A stretch of DNA of 64,000 nt from Candidatus Poribacteria bacterium (GCA_963663765.2 CAXXUA010000005.1:1376001-1440000), one strand, 5' to 3'; positions 42,784 through 53,369 are shown, numbered from the stretch's first letter. Program-made: numbers and translations. The notes: a model not told the origin generated them from the letters alone.

Positions 42784-43694
42784 CAAATGAAATTGCCAAT
42801 CCTGACGCAACATCACAATTGCCTGGACAATTTGACATTGTGACAAAGCATATTGTCCGCCAGAATCCTGATGAATGTATTAAATTTTGTCTTGGTACGC
42901 CAGATGCAGAAGCGATAGAAATACTTGAAACGGAGCAGCCGATTGTCAAATGGTTTCGAGCTGACAGTTTCATACACGCAAATGTTCACGGTGAAGAAGC
43001 CATTGTCCATCTGGAATTTCAGACACACGATAGCACAGAAATACCAATGCCGTATCGGATTGCAGGATATGCGGGGTTAGGGATACGGACGTATCAATTG
43101 CCAATATATTCACACGTAATTTATCTTCATCCTAATGCAGGACAGAACGATCCAGGAAAATACATCCAAGATTTATCAGGATATGAAGCCACAATCAAGT
43201 ATAAGGTCATCAGACTAAGTCAAATAGAAGGGCAAAACATTTTAGAAGCAAGACTGAAAGGACTCATTCCTTTCGCTCCATTGATGAAACCACCAGAGAA
43301 AATGGATTCCAAGACGTGGTTACGGCAATGTGTTGATGTCGCACAGACCATTCCAATGGACGAAGCGGACAAACCAGACTATCTTGCCTCTATGGCTATT
43401 TTGTCTGACATGATATTAAATTTTTTTGATATACGTAATATTTTTTCGGAGGAAACCATGCAAGAAACATCCTTTGCACAATATTTTACTGAAAAAGCCG
43501 AAAGAAAGGCTAACATTGAAAACATACTTAATGTGTTAGAATTTCGTTTTCAAACTGATGATGTGGAAACGTTGAAACCTATAATTGAAAACATTGAAGA
43601 ATTACAAAAGCTAAAGCAGTTGCATCAAGAGGCACTTCAAGTATCAAACCTTGATGGGTTCAAACGCATCTTAGCATCAAATGGAACTGGGTAA
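42780..43694 (+). CDS. Rpn/YhgA-like PD-(D/E)XK nuclease-family protein
   Basis: RADS...HLEFQT...MPYR..Y core, VIYL, Y.VIRL, LIPFAPL; internal GGAGG-ATG at 43458. Confidence 0.82.
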   Translation: MTNEIANPDATSQLPGQFDIVTKHIVRQNPDECIKFCLGTPDAEAIEILETEQPIVKWFRADSFIHANVHGEEAIVHLEFQTHDSTEIPMPYRIAGYAGLGIRTYQLPIYSHVIYLHPNAGQNDPGKYIQDLSGYEATIKYKVIRLSQIEGQNILEARLKGLIPFAPLMKPPEKMDSKTWLRQCVDVAQTIPMDEADKPDYLASMAILSDMILNFFDIRNIFSEETMQETSFAQYFTEKAERKANIENILNVLEFRFQTDDVETLKPIIENIEELQKLKQLHQEALQVSNLDGFKRILASNGTG

Positions 43695-43697
43695 ACC

Positions 43698-43934
43698 ATG
43701 CAAGAAACATCTTTTGCGCAATATTTTACTGAGAAAGCTGAAAGAAAAAATAGCATTGAATTACTTCTTGATGTGTTAGAAGTGCGTTTTCAACACAGTG
43801 ATGTGCAATTATTGAAACCTACGCTTGAGAATATTGAAGAAAATCAACGTCTTAGAGAGTTGATGCGTCAGGCAGTTCAAGTGCCAAGTCTTAATGAGTT
43901 CAAACGCATCTTAGTATCAAATGGAACTGGGTAA
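43698..43934 (+). CDS. Stand-alone Rpn C-terminal module (RpnS-like), variant B
   Basis: 78-aa intact paralog of the last 78 aa of the upstream gene. Confidence 0.72.
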   Translation: MQETSFAQYFTEKAERKNSIELLLDVLEVRFQHSDVQLLKPTLENIEENQRLRELMRQAVQVPSLNEFKRILVSNGTG

Positions 43935-43938
43935 AACC

Positions 43939-44175
43939 ATGCAAGAAACATCTTTTGCACAGTATTTTACTGAGAAAGCTGAAAGAAAAAATACCATTGA
44001 ATTACTTATTGATGTATTAGAATTTCGTTTTCAAACTGACGATGTGGAAACGTTGAAACCTATAATTGAAAACATTGAAGAATTACAAAAGCTAAAGCAG
44101 TTGCATCAAGAGGCACTTCAAGTATCAAACCTTGATGGGTTCAAACGCATCTTAGCATCAAATGGAACTGGGTAA
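43939..44175 (+). CDS. Stand-alone Rpn C-terminal module, B/A chimera
   Basis: 78 aa; N-part like B, C-part identical to the nuclease tail. Confidence 0.72.
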   Translation: MQETSFAQYFTEKAERKNTIELLIDVLEFRFQTDDVETLKPIIENIEELQKLKQLHQEALQVSNLDGFKRILASNGTG

Positions 44176-44178
44176 ACC

Positions 44179-44412
44179 ATGCAAGAAACATCTTTTGCGC
44201 AATATTTTACTGAGAAAGCTGAAAGAAAAAATAGCATTGAATTACTTCTTGATGTGTTAGAAGTGCGTTTTCAACACAGTGATGTGCAATTATTGAAACC
44301 TACGCTTGAGAATATTGAAGAAAATCAACGTCTTAGAGAGTTGATGCGTCAGGCAGTTCAAGTGCCAAGTCTTGATGAGTTCAAACGCATCTTAACATCA
44401 TATAGGAATTGA
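44179..44412 (+). CDS. Stand-alone Rpn C-terminal module, variant B'
   Basis: 77 aa; nearly identical to 43698-43934. Confidence 0.72.
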   Translation: MQETSFAQYFTEKAERKNSIELLLDVLEVRFQHSDVQLLKPTLENIEENQRLRELMRQAVQVPSLDEFKRILTSYRN

Positions 44413-44517
44413 ACCTTACCAAGAAAGGTTTACTACAACAACTCACAATAACACTATGAAGACATTTTGCCGATGCTTCAATCGGTTTTGGTATAGATGG
44501 CATAAAAGGGAGAGGTA

Positions 44518-44673
44518 ATACCATTTTCATGTGATAATGTCTCATTATCAGCGGAAATCTGGTAGGAGCGGAAATCTGGTCGCGACCGTGAGGTCGCTCC
44601 TACCGAAGAGAGTAACCCCCTGCCAGTAAACAGTAGAATTCCTTAATGAGACAAGATTTATTTGAATTGGTAT
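44518..44673. mobile_element. MITE family C with GTAGGAGCG REP doublet
   Basis: ATACCA/TGGTAT ends flanked by TA on both sides; copy at 49149-49363. Confidence 0.78.
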
Positions 44674-44674
44674 T

Positions 44675-45007
44675 ATTCATGTTGTAGGTCCGATTTGGCA
44701 AGGAGGGAATAGAAGTGAACCTGAATCGTTAGCCGACTGCTATAAGAATAGTCTACACCTTGCAGCAGAAAATGGAATAAGGTCTATCGCTTTTCCTGCA
44801 ATTAGTACTGGCAACTTTAGTTATCCTATTGAACAAGCAACGTCTATTGCCCTGAATACCGTGAAAGAGTTTGTTGAACAAGCACATCAGAAAAACAAAA
44901 TGGTCCCAGAACGTATTCAGTTTGTTCTGTTTGATGAAGAATCTTATAACTGCTATGTCAAAGAACTTTCAAAACTTGGAATTGGTTTATCCTGTCTGAT
45001 TGGATAA
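44675..45007 (+). pseudogene. 5'-truncated macrodomain (YmdB-like O-acetyl-ADP-ribose deacetylase)
   Basis: Manual translation IHVVGPIWQGG...CYKNSL.LA.ENGIRSIAFPAISTG.F.YP; N-terminal half and start codon missing. Confidence 0.8.
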
Positions 45008-45068
45008 CCATCATTAGCAGAATCTTCTAAAACACCACCTTTTTTATACTTAAAGTTAAGGAGAATTA

Positions 45069-46256
45069 ATGATCTCACTATCACAACGAAGTCAAAATGT
45101 AACACCCTCATCAACCTTAGCCATCACAGCAAAAATCAACGCATTGATCGCTGATGGCGTAGATGTCGTCAAATTCGGAGCAGGCGAACCCGACTTTGAT
45201 ACACCCGACTATATCAAAGCCGCCGCTATTGAAGCACTTGATGCAGGTTTCACCAAATACACACCTGTCCCTGGTATCCCCGAACTTCGTGAAGCAATCG
45301 TGGACAAATTCCAGAATGACAACGGACTGAGTTATACAACCTCACAAGTCATCGTTTCCTGCGGAGCAAAACACACGCTTTACAACATCATGCAAGCGAT
45401 CTGCGATCCGGGAGACGAGGTCATCTTCGCCGCACCCTATTGGGTGAGTTATCCGCAGCAAGTCAAGTTAGCAGGAGCAGTGCCACGTGTGATTGATACC
45501 ACAGCAGAACAGAACTTCTGCATGCAACCCGATCAAGTTGAAGCAGCGATAACCCCAAAAACAAAAGCGATCCTCATCAACAGTCCGAGCAATCCGACAG
45601 GCACTACTTATGACGTGGAAACGCTCAAGCAGATAGCCGAACTCGCTGTCAAACATCAGGTCTATCTCATCTCCGATGAAATCTATGAAGCACTGCTCTA
45701 CGACGGTGCAACACATCAGAGTCCCGCATCATTCAACGAAGAGACGAAAGCGATTACCTTCGTTGTCAACGGTGTATCCAAAGCATATTCCATGACTGGT
45801 TGGCGTATCGGGTATACTGCAGGTCCCGAAGATGTCGTTTCAGCGATGTCCCGCATTCAATCACATAGCACTTCAAATCCGACCTCCATTGCGCAAAAAG
45901 CTGCTGTTGCCGCACTCAATGAACCGCAAGATGCTGTTGAAGAGATGCGGAAAGCATTTGAAGAACGCCGCAATGTGATATGCCAACGTTTTGACGATAT
46001 TGACGGTGTCAGTTATGTCAAACCTCAGGGAGCATTCTACATCTTTCCCGATTTTTCCGCACATTATGGCAGAACGCTTGACGGTAATAAAATTGAAGGA
46101 TCAATGGATATAACCGATTATCTACTCGGTTCAGCAGGTGTCGGCGTTGTACCGGGTGACGGGTTCGGTGCGGATAACAATTTGCGCCTCTCCTTCGCCA
46201 CCTCTTTGACAGAGATCAACCGCGGATTAGATCGTATCAAAAAGGCATTGGAATAA
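45069..46256 (+). CDS. Class I PLP-dependent aminotransferase (aspartate aminotransferase-like)
   Basis: GEPDF, NSPSNPTG, SDEIY, SKAYSMTGWRIG, RLSFA. Confidence 0.93.
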   Translation: MISLSQRSQNVTPSSTLAITAKINALIADGVDVVKFGAGEPDFDTPDYIKAAAIEALDAGFTKYTPVPGIPELREAIVDKFQNDNGLSYTTSQVIVSCGAKHTLYNIMQAICDPGDEVIFAAPYWVSYPQQVKLAGAVPRVIDTTAEQNFCMQPDQVEAAITPKTKAILINSPSNPTGTTYDVETLKQIAELAVKHQVYLISDEIYEALLYDGATHQSPASFNEETKAITFVVNGVSKAYSMTGWRIGYTAGPEDVVSAMSRIQSHSTSNPTSIAQKAAVAALNEPQDAVEEMRKAFEERRNVICQRFDDIDGVSYVKPQGAFYIFPDFSAHYGRTLDGNKIEGSMDITDYLLGSAGVGVVPGDGFGADNNLRLSFATSLTEINRGLDRIKKALE

Positions 46257-46502
46257 GTTCATGCTATCTTGGTGGAGGCTTTTGTAAACCCGATATGCAA
46301 TACCTCTTTTTAGTCAAGCAATCAATCATGTCTTGTATATTTATATAATGAAGATTAAGAATTAATTCCAGTAATTTGACATTGTTGTCCAGATCGCTTA
46401 CATGAGGATAAATAATTAATTTGGTAATCAAATACTCCTCTTATATGCTAATTTATAAGGAATAGAACCTATTATGGATTGTTACGACCTCTGTTGCCTG
46501 AA

Positions 46503-46850
46503 CTAGTGCTTAGTCAACATACTATTGTCGGTCTCGATTCGGAGATCGCTCCTACAGAAGTCTTGTGTATTGTGTGTATTGTAGGAGGGAACTCCGATTC
46601 CCGACTACTTTTTAGACCTATCAATAAACACTTGACTAAGCACTAGGATTTACAGGAGTTATCTCATCCAATCCTATTCCAAAAGAGAGTATAAACGCAT
46701 ATCAAAAACCCTTGATGAGGTAAATCCTGAAAATCTGTAAATCCTGAAAATCCTGGTTCAGACAAAGAAAAGGTATGAATGCCATTAAGGCATTCCCCGG
46801 GGCGTTCCTACCTGTGCAAGTGTGTTATTAATTCCATAATTTACCATAAT
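46503..46850. repeat. Repeat cluster: TIR element CTAGTGCTTAGTCAA (46503-46645) with REP doublet, AATCCTG repeats, partial 36-bp micro-element
   Basis: Perfect 15-bp inverted ends; segments shared with 12030-12136 and 37645-37690. Confidence 0.7.
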
Positions 46851-47041
46851 CTAATACATTATACGAACAAGATATTACCGAATTAATAAATTAATCTTCA
46901 TCAAATAAACGTAACAACGATTGAATTACCTCACTAACTAAAAGGAAACATTTTATTTTGTCTAACCTATCCAAAGACCAAAGAAGAAATCACAACTCTT
47001 ATTGATATAACCAATAAAAAATAAAAAAAGGAGACCCTATC

Positions 47042-48751
47042 GTGACACAACCTAATCTTGTTTTCGTTATAACAGACGACCAAGGCTACGGTGATTTAGG
47101 ATGCACCGGAAACCCAGTCATAAACACCCCAAACCTGGACGCACTGGCAGGAGAGAGCGTCCAACTCCGAAACTTGCATGTCGGACCAACCTGTTCACCG
47201 ACACGCGCAGGCATCATGACAGGCAGATACTGCAACTCAACAGGGGTGTGGCATACCATCGGCGGCAGATCGCTGCTCCGTAGTGATGAGGTCACGATAG
47301 CGGATATCTTCAGACGCAACGGATACAAAACCGGCATGTTCGGTAAATGGCATCTCGGTGACAACTACCCGTTCCGTCCACATGATCGCGGTTTTGAAGA
47401 AGCACTCTATCACGGCGGCGGCGGAATCAGTCAAACACCCGATTACTGGGGTAACGACTATTTTGACGACACCTATTTTGACAACGGTTCTGAACAACCT
47501 TTTGAAGGGTATTGCACTGATGTTTGGTTTCAACAAGGTATGAAGTTTATTGAGAGGAACAAAGAACGACCGTTCTTCTGCTACATACCTACAAACGCAC
47601 CTCACGGTCCCTTCCGTGTCCCCGATGCTTATAGTGAAGTATACCGAAGGAAAGGGGAACCTGAATCGCGTGCATGTTTCTACGGCATGATCACCAACAT
47701 TGACGACAACATGGCACGTCTCCGACATCACCTAAAAGTACTCGGACTTGAAGAAAACACTATCGTAATCTTCATGACAGATAACGGCACTGCCAATGGC
47801 TGCGACTTAGATCAACAAGGGCACGTCAAGGCAGGATACAACGCTGGTATGCGTGGTAAGAAAGGGTCTCCTTATGAAGGCGGACACCGTGTACCGCTCT
47901 TTATGCATTGGCCCGGTGGCGGTTTCTCAGAAAAGAAAGAGGTAGACGAACTCACAGCAAATATAGACCTACTCCCAACATTAATTGACCTTTGCGATTT
48001 AGAAGTGTCCGATAACTCCCGCTTCCACGGCAAAAGTATCGCACCACTGCTTGAAGATAAATTAGTAGAATGGGAAGACCGTGTAGTTGTGACTGACTCC
48101 CAACGCGTCGAAAATCCTGTTAAGTGGAGACAAAGTGCAACGATGACGAAAAAATGGAGACTTATCAACGGCACAGAACTCTACGACATACAAGCAGATC
48201 CCGAACAACGGGAAGACATCGCTGATGCACATCCCGCTGTAGTCGCAGAACTACGCGATCATTATGAGGTATGGTGGGAACTCGTTTCTGAACGGTTTGA
48301 TGAAGATTGTCCAATTGTCATCGGCACACAGAACGAACAACTTGCATGTATCACCACACACGATTGGCACGGCAGCGGAAACGCATGGAATCAAGGGTCT
48401 GTACGTAATGGGATGCAATGCAACGGGTATTGGGCAATTGAAGTTCCCGAAGATGGTGAGTACAGTTTTGAACTGCGCCGTTGGCCCCGTGAAGAAAACA
48501 GAGCCATCACGGAAGGCATACCCGGAGAAAAGATTGACCTATATAACGGTGGACGCGCATTAGCTTTGAAAACCGCACAAATACAAGTCGCCGACCAGAC
48601 TGCATCACAAGATATAGAACCTGACGCTGTCGGTGTAACCTTTACATTCAACCTCCAGGCAGGACAGACAAGACTCGAAACTCAGTTCTCTGATGAATCT
48701 GGCGACTTATCACTCGGTGCATATTATGTCTATGTGAAACGTGTGATTTAA
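47042..48751 (+). CDS. Arylsulfatase (formylglycine-dependent)
   Basis: TDDQGYGD, CSPTR, GKWHLG, TDNG, YEGGHRVP. Confidence 0.93.
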   Translation: MTQPNLVFVITDDQGYGDLGCTGNPVINTPNLDALAGESVQLRNLHVGPTCSPTRAGIMTGRYCNSTGVWHTIGGRSLLRSDEVTIADIFRRNGYKTGMFGKWHLGDNYPFRPHDRGFEEALYHGGGGISQTPDYWGNDYFDDTYFDNGSEQPFEGYCTDVWFQQGMKFIERNKERPFFCYIPTNAPHGPFRVPDAYSEVYRRKGEPESRACFYGMITNIDDNMARLRHHLKVLGLEENTIVIFMTDNGTANGCDLDQQGHVKAGYNAGMRGKKGSPYEGGHRVPLFMHWPGGGFSEKKEVDELTANIDLLPTLIDLCDLEVSDNSRFHGKSIAPLLEDKLVEWEDRVVVTDSQRVENPVKWRQSATMTKKWRLINGTELYDIQADPEQREDIADAHPAVVAELRDHYEVWWELVSERFDEDCPIVIGTQNEQLACITTHDWHGSGNAWNQGSVRNGMQCNGYWAIEVPEDGEYSFELRRWPREENRAITEGIPGEKIDLYNGGRALALKTAQIQVADQTASQDIEPDAVGVTFTFNLQAGQTRLETQFSDESGDLSLGAYYVYVKRVI

Positions 48752-48761
48752 ACATTGCACC

Positions 48762-48904
48762 CATAGGTGTCAACTTAAGGAATTTTACCTCTTGTGGGAG
48801 GGGTTTTCAACCCCGATTTTATGTTCATTTCCACTCAAATCGGGGTTAAAAACCCCTCCCACAAGAGAATATGCCAACACTTTTTTCTTAAGTTGACACC
48901 TATG
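48762..48904. mobile_element. MITE family E (TIR CATAGGTGTCAACTTAAG) with GTGGGAGGGGTTTTCAACCCCG doublet
   Basis: Perfect 18-bp TIRs; relatives at 23478, 37005-37146, 59390-59563. Confidence 0.8.
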
Positions 48905-49148
48905 TGTGATTTAAACATCACACCCGATTACCTTCTGGGACAGCAGCCATGTTGTCCCAGAATAACCCAGCCTACATGCACAAAATCGTGCAGACATTCC
49001 CTTTTTCATTGTTCAGTTTAGTGCAATTCAACCCTTAAAACTATAGATTTATTGGTATATATCCCCATTCATGACTGGCACAGAAATTGCTCAAACTATA
49101 GTAACGTGAGTTCGGAAATAAAGACACGTGAACTGGATGTCCAAACTA

Positions 49149-49363
49149 ATACCATTTTCATGTGATAATGTCTCATTATCACATGAAATCTGGTAGGAGC
49201 GACCTCCCGGTCGCGACCGTGAAGTCGCTCGTACCGAAGCAGCGGAAATCTGGTAGGAGCGACCTCCCGGTCGTGACCGTGAGGTCGCTCCTACCGAAGA
49301 GAGTAACCCCCTGCCAGTAAACATTAGCATTCCTTTATGAGACAAGATTTATTTGAATTGGTA
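49149..49363. mobile_element. MITE family C with duplicated REP doublet
   Basis: Matches 44518-44673. Confidence 0.78.
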
Positions 49364-49437
49364 TAACAGTTTGAACTACAAAGACTTTTACCGAGCTCAC
49401 GTTATAGTAGATAACCAATCCAAAGGAGTATATACCA

Positions 49438-49809
49438 ATGAAGACATTACAGCTGATCGCAATAATAGTGTTGTGCTTGCTGATAGGATGTGCCACACAA
49501 GTGACAACAGAAGAACAGTTGTCACATACAGATGAACCATCAACACAGCGTGGTATGCATACGTGGAAAGGACAACACATCTCAAAAGTTATCAAAAAAT
49601 GGGGACAACCGCAAAAGGTGGTTGAACAAAAAACTGGTGGTCAGATATATACTTGGAAATTTAACGTGCCGATAGCAGCCTACCCCGATGCACGTTTTCG
49701 ACGGAAAAAAGACACAATAATACCAACCATCCACCTTTATACGCGTGCAGATGGGATCGTTTATCATTGGATATCTGATGCAGGTTCACGAGCAGTGCGA
49801 CCTCGGTAA
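49438..49809 (+). CDS. Putative lipoprotein
   Basis: SD AAGGAG; LLIG-C lipobox; W.GQ....VIKKWG.P motif. Confidence 0.75.
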   Translation: MKTLQLIAIIVLCLLIGCATQVTTEEQLSHTDEPSTQRGMHTWKGQHISKVIKKWGQPQKVVEQKTGGQIYTWKFNVPIAAYPDARFRRKKDTIIPTIHLYTRADGIVYHWISDAGSRAVRPR

Positions 49810-49813
49810 TAAT

Positions 49814-49966
49814 CAGGACTTATGCATTCCCCTTAATAAGGGGAGCAGGGATCCCATAGCGATAGCGTATGGGAGGGTGGGGGTTAAATAGTGCAATATT
49901 TCAGTGTTTTTTAGCCTTTTTAACCCCCTTATCATGGGGACTTTAAGAGAAAATGCGTAAGTCCTG
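49814..49966. mobile_element. MITE family D ends with different palindromic cargo
   Basis: CAGGACTTA(T)GCA/TGCGTAAGTCCTG; CCCCTTAATAAGGGG and CCCATA..TATGGG hairpins. Confidence 0.65.
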
Positions 49967-50036
49967 ATTATAAATGTCACAACATCTGCAACTGTTTGCA
50001 AAACGCTTGGTTGCGAATCATTCCCAAAGTCAAACG

Positions 50037-50789
50037 CTACTGCTGCTTCAACTTCCCCCAAACCAGAGGAAGTTTATCTACAGCTTCCACAGCAAATACT
50101 GTCTGATAGATCCCGTTATTCATGATACTCTTGATCTCATCTTTAGATAGAGCAGCGTTGAAGAGACCTACCTCATCCATAATACAAGCAGACTGGAAAC
50201 TGGCACCTTTGTCAGTAGCAAGCCATGCAGTCTGATTCTCATCTACAAGTTGGAACTTCGACACCGCTTCCGAGACCTTTTCTTCACCATTGACATATAT
50301 CTTTGCCGTTGTTCCATCGTAAGTGTTCGCAACATGATACCACGTCCCTGCTTTTACAACGACACCACTGCTAACATTCCAGACATTGCTCCAACTACGC
50401 AGCGTGTTTGATCCCTCTTTATAGGGAACATAACGGTTATTACTCTGATCGTGTATAGAGAAATAGTTTTGCTGTCCTGATAAATCGGTGAACTGAAGCC
50501 ACAAGATGAAACTCATCTTATCCGTCACGACCCCTTTACCGAACGGAATAGTGACAGTACCACCCTTCTTAATGTCAAGAGCACCATCAACTTCACCATC
50601 AACCCAGTCTGATTGTGTGATTGTTCCATCATATCCGTTCCCCGATGCATCTTCTGCAACATCATCCTTGCCGTCGTCAAGTAGCCAAATGCCCACAATC
50701 TTCTCAGGATCAATCTGTGAATGACTAAAACTGACAAATATTCCTATTGTCATTATTGTGAAAAGAAGTGAAAAAACCTTTATATACAT
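50037..50789 (-). CDS. Secreted LamG-like jellyroll protein with KLPLVW tail
   Basis: W.LDDG....A.D.SGNG, WYHVA.TYDG...KIYVNG, MDEV.LFN.ALS. Confidence 0.88.
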   Translation of the reverse strand: MYIKVFSLLFTIMTIGIFVSFSHSQIDPEKIVGIWLLDDGKDDVAEDASGNGYDGTITQSDWVDGEVDGALDIKKGGTVTIPFGKGVVTDKMSFILWLQFTDLSGQQNYFSIHDQSNNRYVPYKEGSNTLRSWSNVWNVSSGVVVKAGTWYHVANTYDGTTAKIYVNGEEKVSEAVSKFQLVDENQTAWLATDKGASFQSACIMDEVGLFNAALSKDEIKSIMNNGIYQTVFAVEAVDKLPLVWGKLKQQ

Positions 50790-50961
50790 ATGTTGCTCCT
50801 TGTGTATAATACCATTTCTAATTTTCCCAAACCCTGTAGGCGCGTTTTGTAAACGCGCCGGACTTCACTGCCAAATTACCGAAATATTTTCTTAATCTTC
50901 ATCCAGTTTGTGTACTAAGATGCACAATCCAACAAATTATGCTACTATGTGACAACTTAGG

Positions 50962-52380
50962 TCAATTTAGTGTTGCTGTCCTTAGAATAATCCGATCCTC
51001 TGTCCAGTTGTCCCGATACCACGTGCATGCTTCAAAGGTGTCATTGACTGCATCCATGCGTTGCTTCAACATCTCACGAAAATCGTCTCGTAACCCTGCG
51101 GATGCAGCATCATCTGCTAAATTACGAGTTTGGAACGGATCCGCCAGATTATCAAAGAGTTTCTCACAGCCATCAGGACGGTGAACAGCATAAGTATACT
51201 GTTTTGTTCGGAGGGAACGCCATTCATAACCATCTTCCCATTTGGCAGTACACCCCATCCCTTGCATAAATGCAGCAACCGGTTCATCAAACGACTGGCT
51301 AAACGCTGCACGACTCATATCTGTCCCCTCAACATCTGTAGGAATCGGTAAATCCATCATTGACAGCAATGTCGGCATAATGTCCGGCGTATTTAAACAC
51401 GCGTCAGCAACATGCCCACTTGGAATTTGGTTATCCCATCTAACAAGAAAAGGAACACGAACCGCTTCCTCATAAAAAATGTTTTTCGCCCTACGTCCCT
51501 GTGCCCCGAACATCTCTCCATGATCAGAGGTAAACACAAAAATTGTATTCTCGCGCAATCCAAGTTCTTCAATGGCAGTCAGCAACCTACCGATATTCCA
51601 ATCAAGGTTTGTCGTCATAGCATAATAGACGCGCATCCATGCAGGCAGATTCGCACGGTGTTGTGTGTTCATCATCGCCCACCCATCACCATAAGGGTCG
51701 TTTTCTTCACGGTAATTCAGCGGATATGGAAAGTCAACATCACGGAACATTTCATAATATTCACTCGGAACGTTATTCTCTGTCCACGGATCGTGCGGTG
51801 TGCCAATTGAAAGGAAAAGCGAAAACGGATCGTCTTCCTTTGATGCACGTTGAAGATATTCTATTGCTAAATCTGTCTGCCCATCAGGTTCATAACCAGG
51901 TATCGTAATTCTCTCTGGACTGTCTTTATGATAATATGTGTCATAATAGGTGTGATGGAAATTGTACGCTGACCATTCACCATCAAAACCCAGGCGATGC
52001 GGTCCTGGTGGAATATACGAATTCACAGGATCGTGATGTTTACCTAACTGATTTGCCCACAAGTGCCACTTCCCGATATAACTTGTCTGATAACCTTTGC
52101 GATGCAATACGTGTCCGAAACAGTCATGGTTCGGGTTCATGCGGAGTTCATTGATCGCCATGCCAGTACTACTTGCATATTTGCCAGTGAAAAGCGATGC
52201 ACGATACGGCGCACACATCGGACTCCCTGAAACTGCATTACAGAAATTAGCACCCTCTGTAGCCAGTCTATCTATATTCGGGGTCCGCGCACGAGAATCA
52301 CCCGCATAACCGCACGACTGATAACGAAGTTGATCTGCAAAAACATAAACCAGATTCGGATGTTTTTTTGTTACCGCCAT
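50962..52380 (-). CDS. Sulfatase
   Basis: ADQLR, CAPYR, GKWHL, PHDP, TSDHGE. Confidence 0.92.
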   Translation of the reverse strand: MAVTKKHPNLVYVFADQLRYQSCGYAGDSRARTPNIDRLATEGANFCNAVSGSPMCAPYRASLFTGKYASSTGMAINELRMNPNHDCFGHVLHRKGYQTSYIGKWHLWANQLGKHHDPVNSYIPPGPHRLGFDGEWSAYNFHHTYYDTYYHKDSPERITIPGYEPDGQTDLAIEYLQRASKEDDPFSLFLSIGTPHDPWTENNVPSEYYEMFRDVDFPYPLNYREENDPYGDGWAMMNTQHRANLPAWMRVYYAMTTNLDWNIGRLLTAIEELGLRENTIFVFTSDHGEMFGAQGRRAKNIFYEEAVRVPFLVRWDNQIPSGHVADACLNTPDIMPTLLSMMDLPIPTDVEGTDMSRAAFSQSFDEPVAAFMQGMGCTAKWEDGYEWRSLRTKQYTYAVHRPDGCEKLFDNLADPFQTRNLADDAASAGLRDDFREMLKQRMDAVNDTFEACTWYRDNWTEDRIILRTATLN

Positions 52381-52622
52381 GTAAACTTCCTATTGTTAGA
52401 ATTGACTTTTGATAAGAATACATCATCTACCCTTGTTTGTCAATAACAAATTAACCAGAAGACAGGACTACTTGGTCTTCCTAATTTTGATTTCTATAAA
52501 CAGTCTCCTTATGGTAGGAGCGACCTCCTGGTCGCGATTTTCTCAGAAAAACAGGTTAAATTAGATCTTTTTAATCCAATTACACAGTAATGTTATTGGA
52601 AATCCCAATAATCAAACATTAA

Positions 52623-52787
52623 CAGGACTAACGCACCCAACGGTAGGCGCGCTTTGTAGGCGGGGAATGCCAAAAGGCATTCATACCGTTGATTTCTTGA
52701 TTTGGCGCTGGAAACCGAAAAAATGCTGAAAATTACACCATTTTCGTCATAATTCTTCATCAAATCATGAAAACTGCGAAAGTCCTG
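52623..52787. mobile_element. MITE family D with inserted micro-element (52662-52704)
   Basis: Matches 7873-8029. Confidence 0.72.
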
Positions 52788-53369
52788 ATTAAATACAAAA
52801 CATACCAAACACCCATATAATGTATAATACAACTATGAAAATCCATGATTCAACATCACTACTCAAAAAGGACTTTATAACAAGATTTATATGTCAGAGA
52901 GAAATACCATTTCAGAATACCGTAGACACAAAAAACACCGAAAAAAACCGTACCAAAAAACGAAAAATAAATCGAAAATAACTACAACAATATCTCCGTT
53001 TAACCTATACAAATACTGGACGTATAACCAATTAACAAAACCGTACCACAAACCGAAAAAGCCGTACCAATTGGTACGGCTTTTCTGAAGTAGAATATTC
53101 TTATGAATTCTCAAGAAAATCGCAAACAATTTACATGCATTCTTCACAAAAAAAGACCAACAACAAAATGCAAAGATGCCAGATAAAACAGATATACAAA
53201 AAACTTAGAATTAATATTTTTGTTTTCGAAAAATATCCCTTTCAGACCTTACTACGACTGGGATTAAAGCCAATGTACTAACAAAATATTGGTTGGATAT
53301 TTCTATTTTCGCAACGAAATAAAAATATGTCCTTTACACAACTTTTCACAACCATCAATCTGATTCTTA

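Noticed and set aside
43921-43938. Longer start (MELGKT) for the second Rpn cassette
   Set aside because: Homology with the other cassettes indicates the start at 43939
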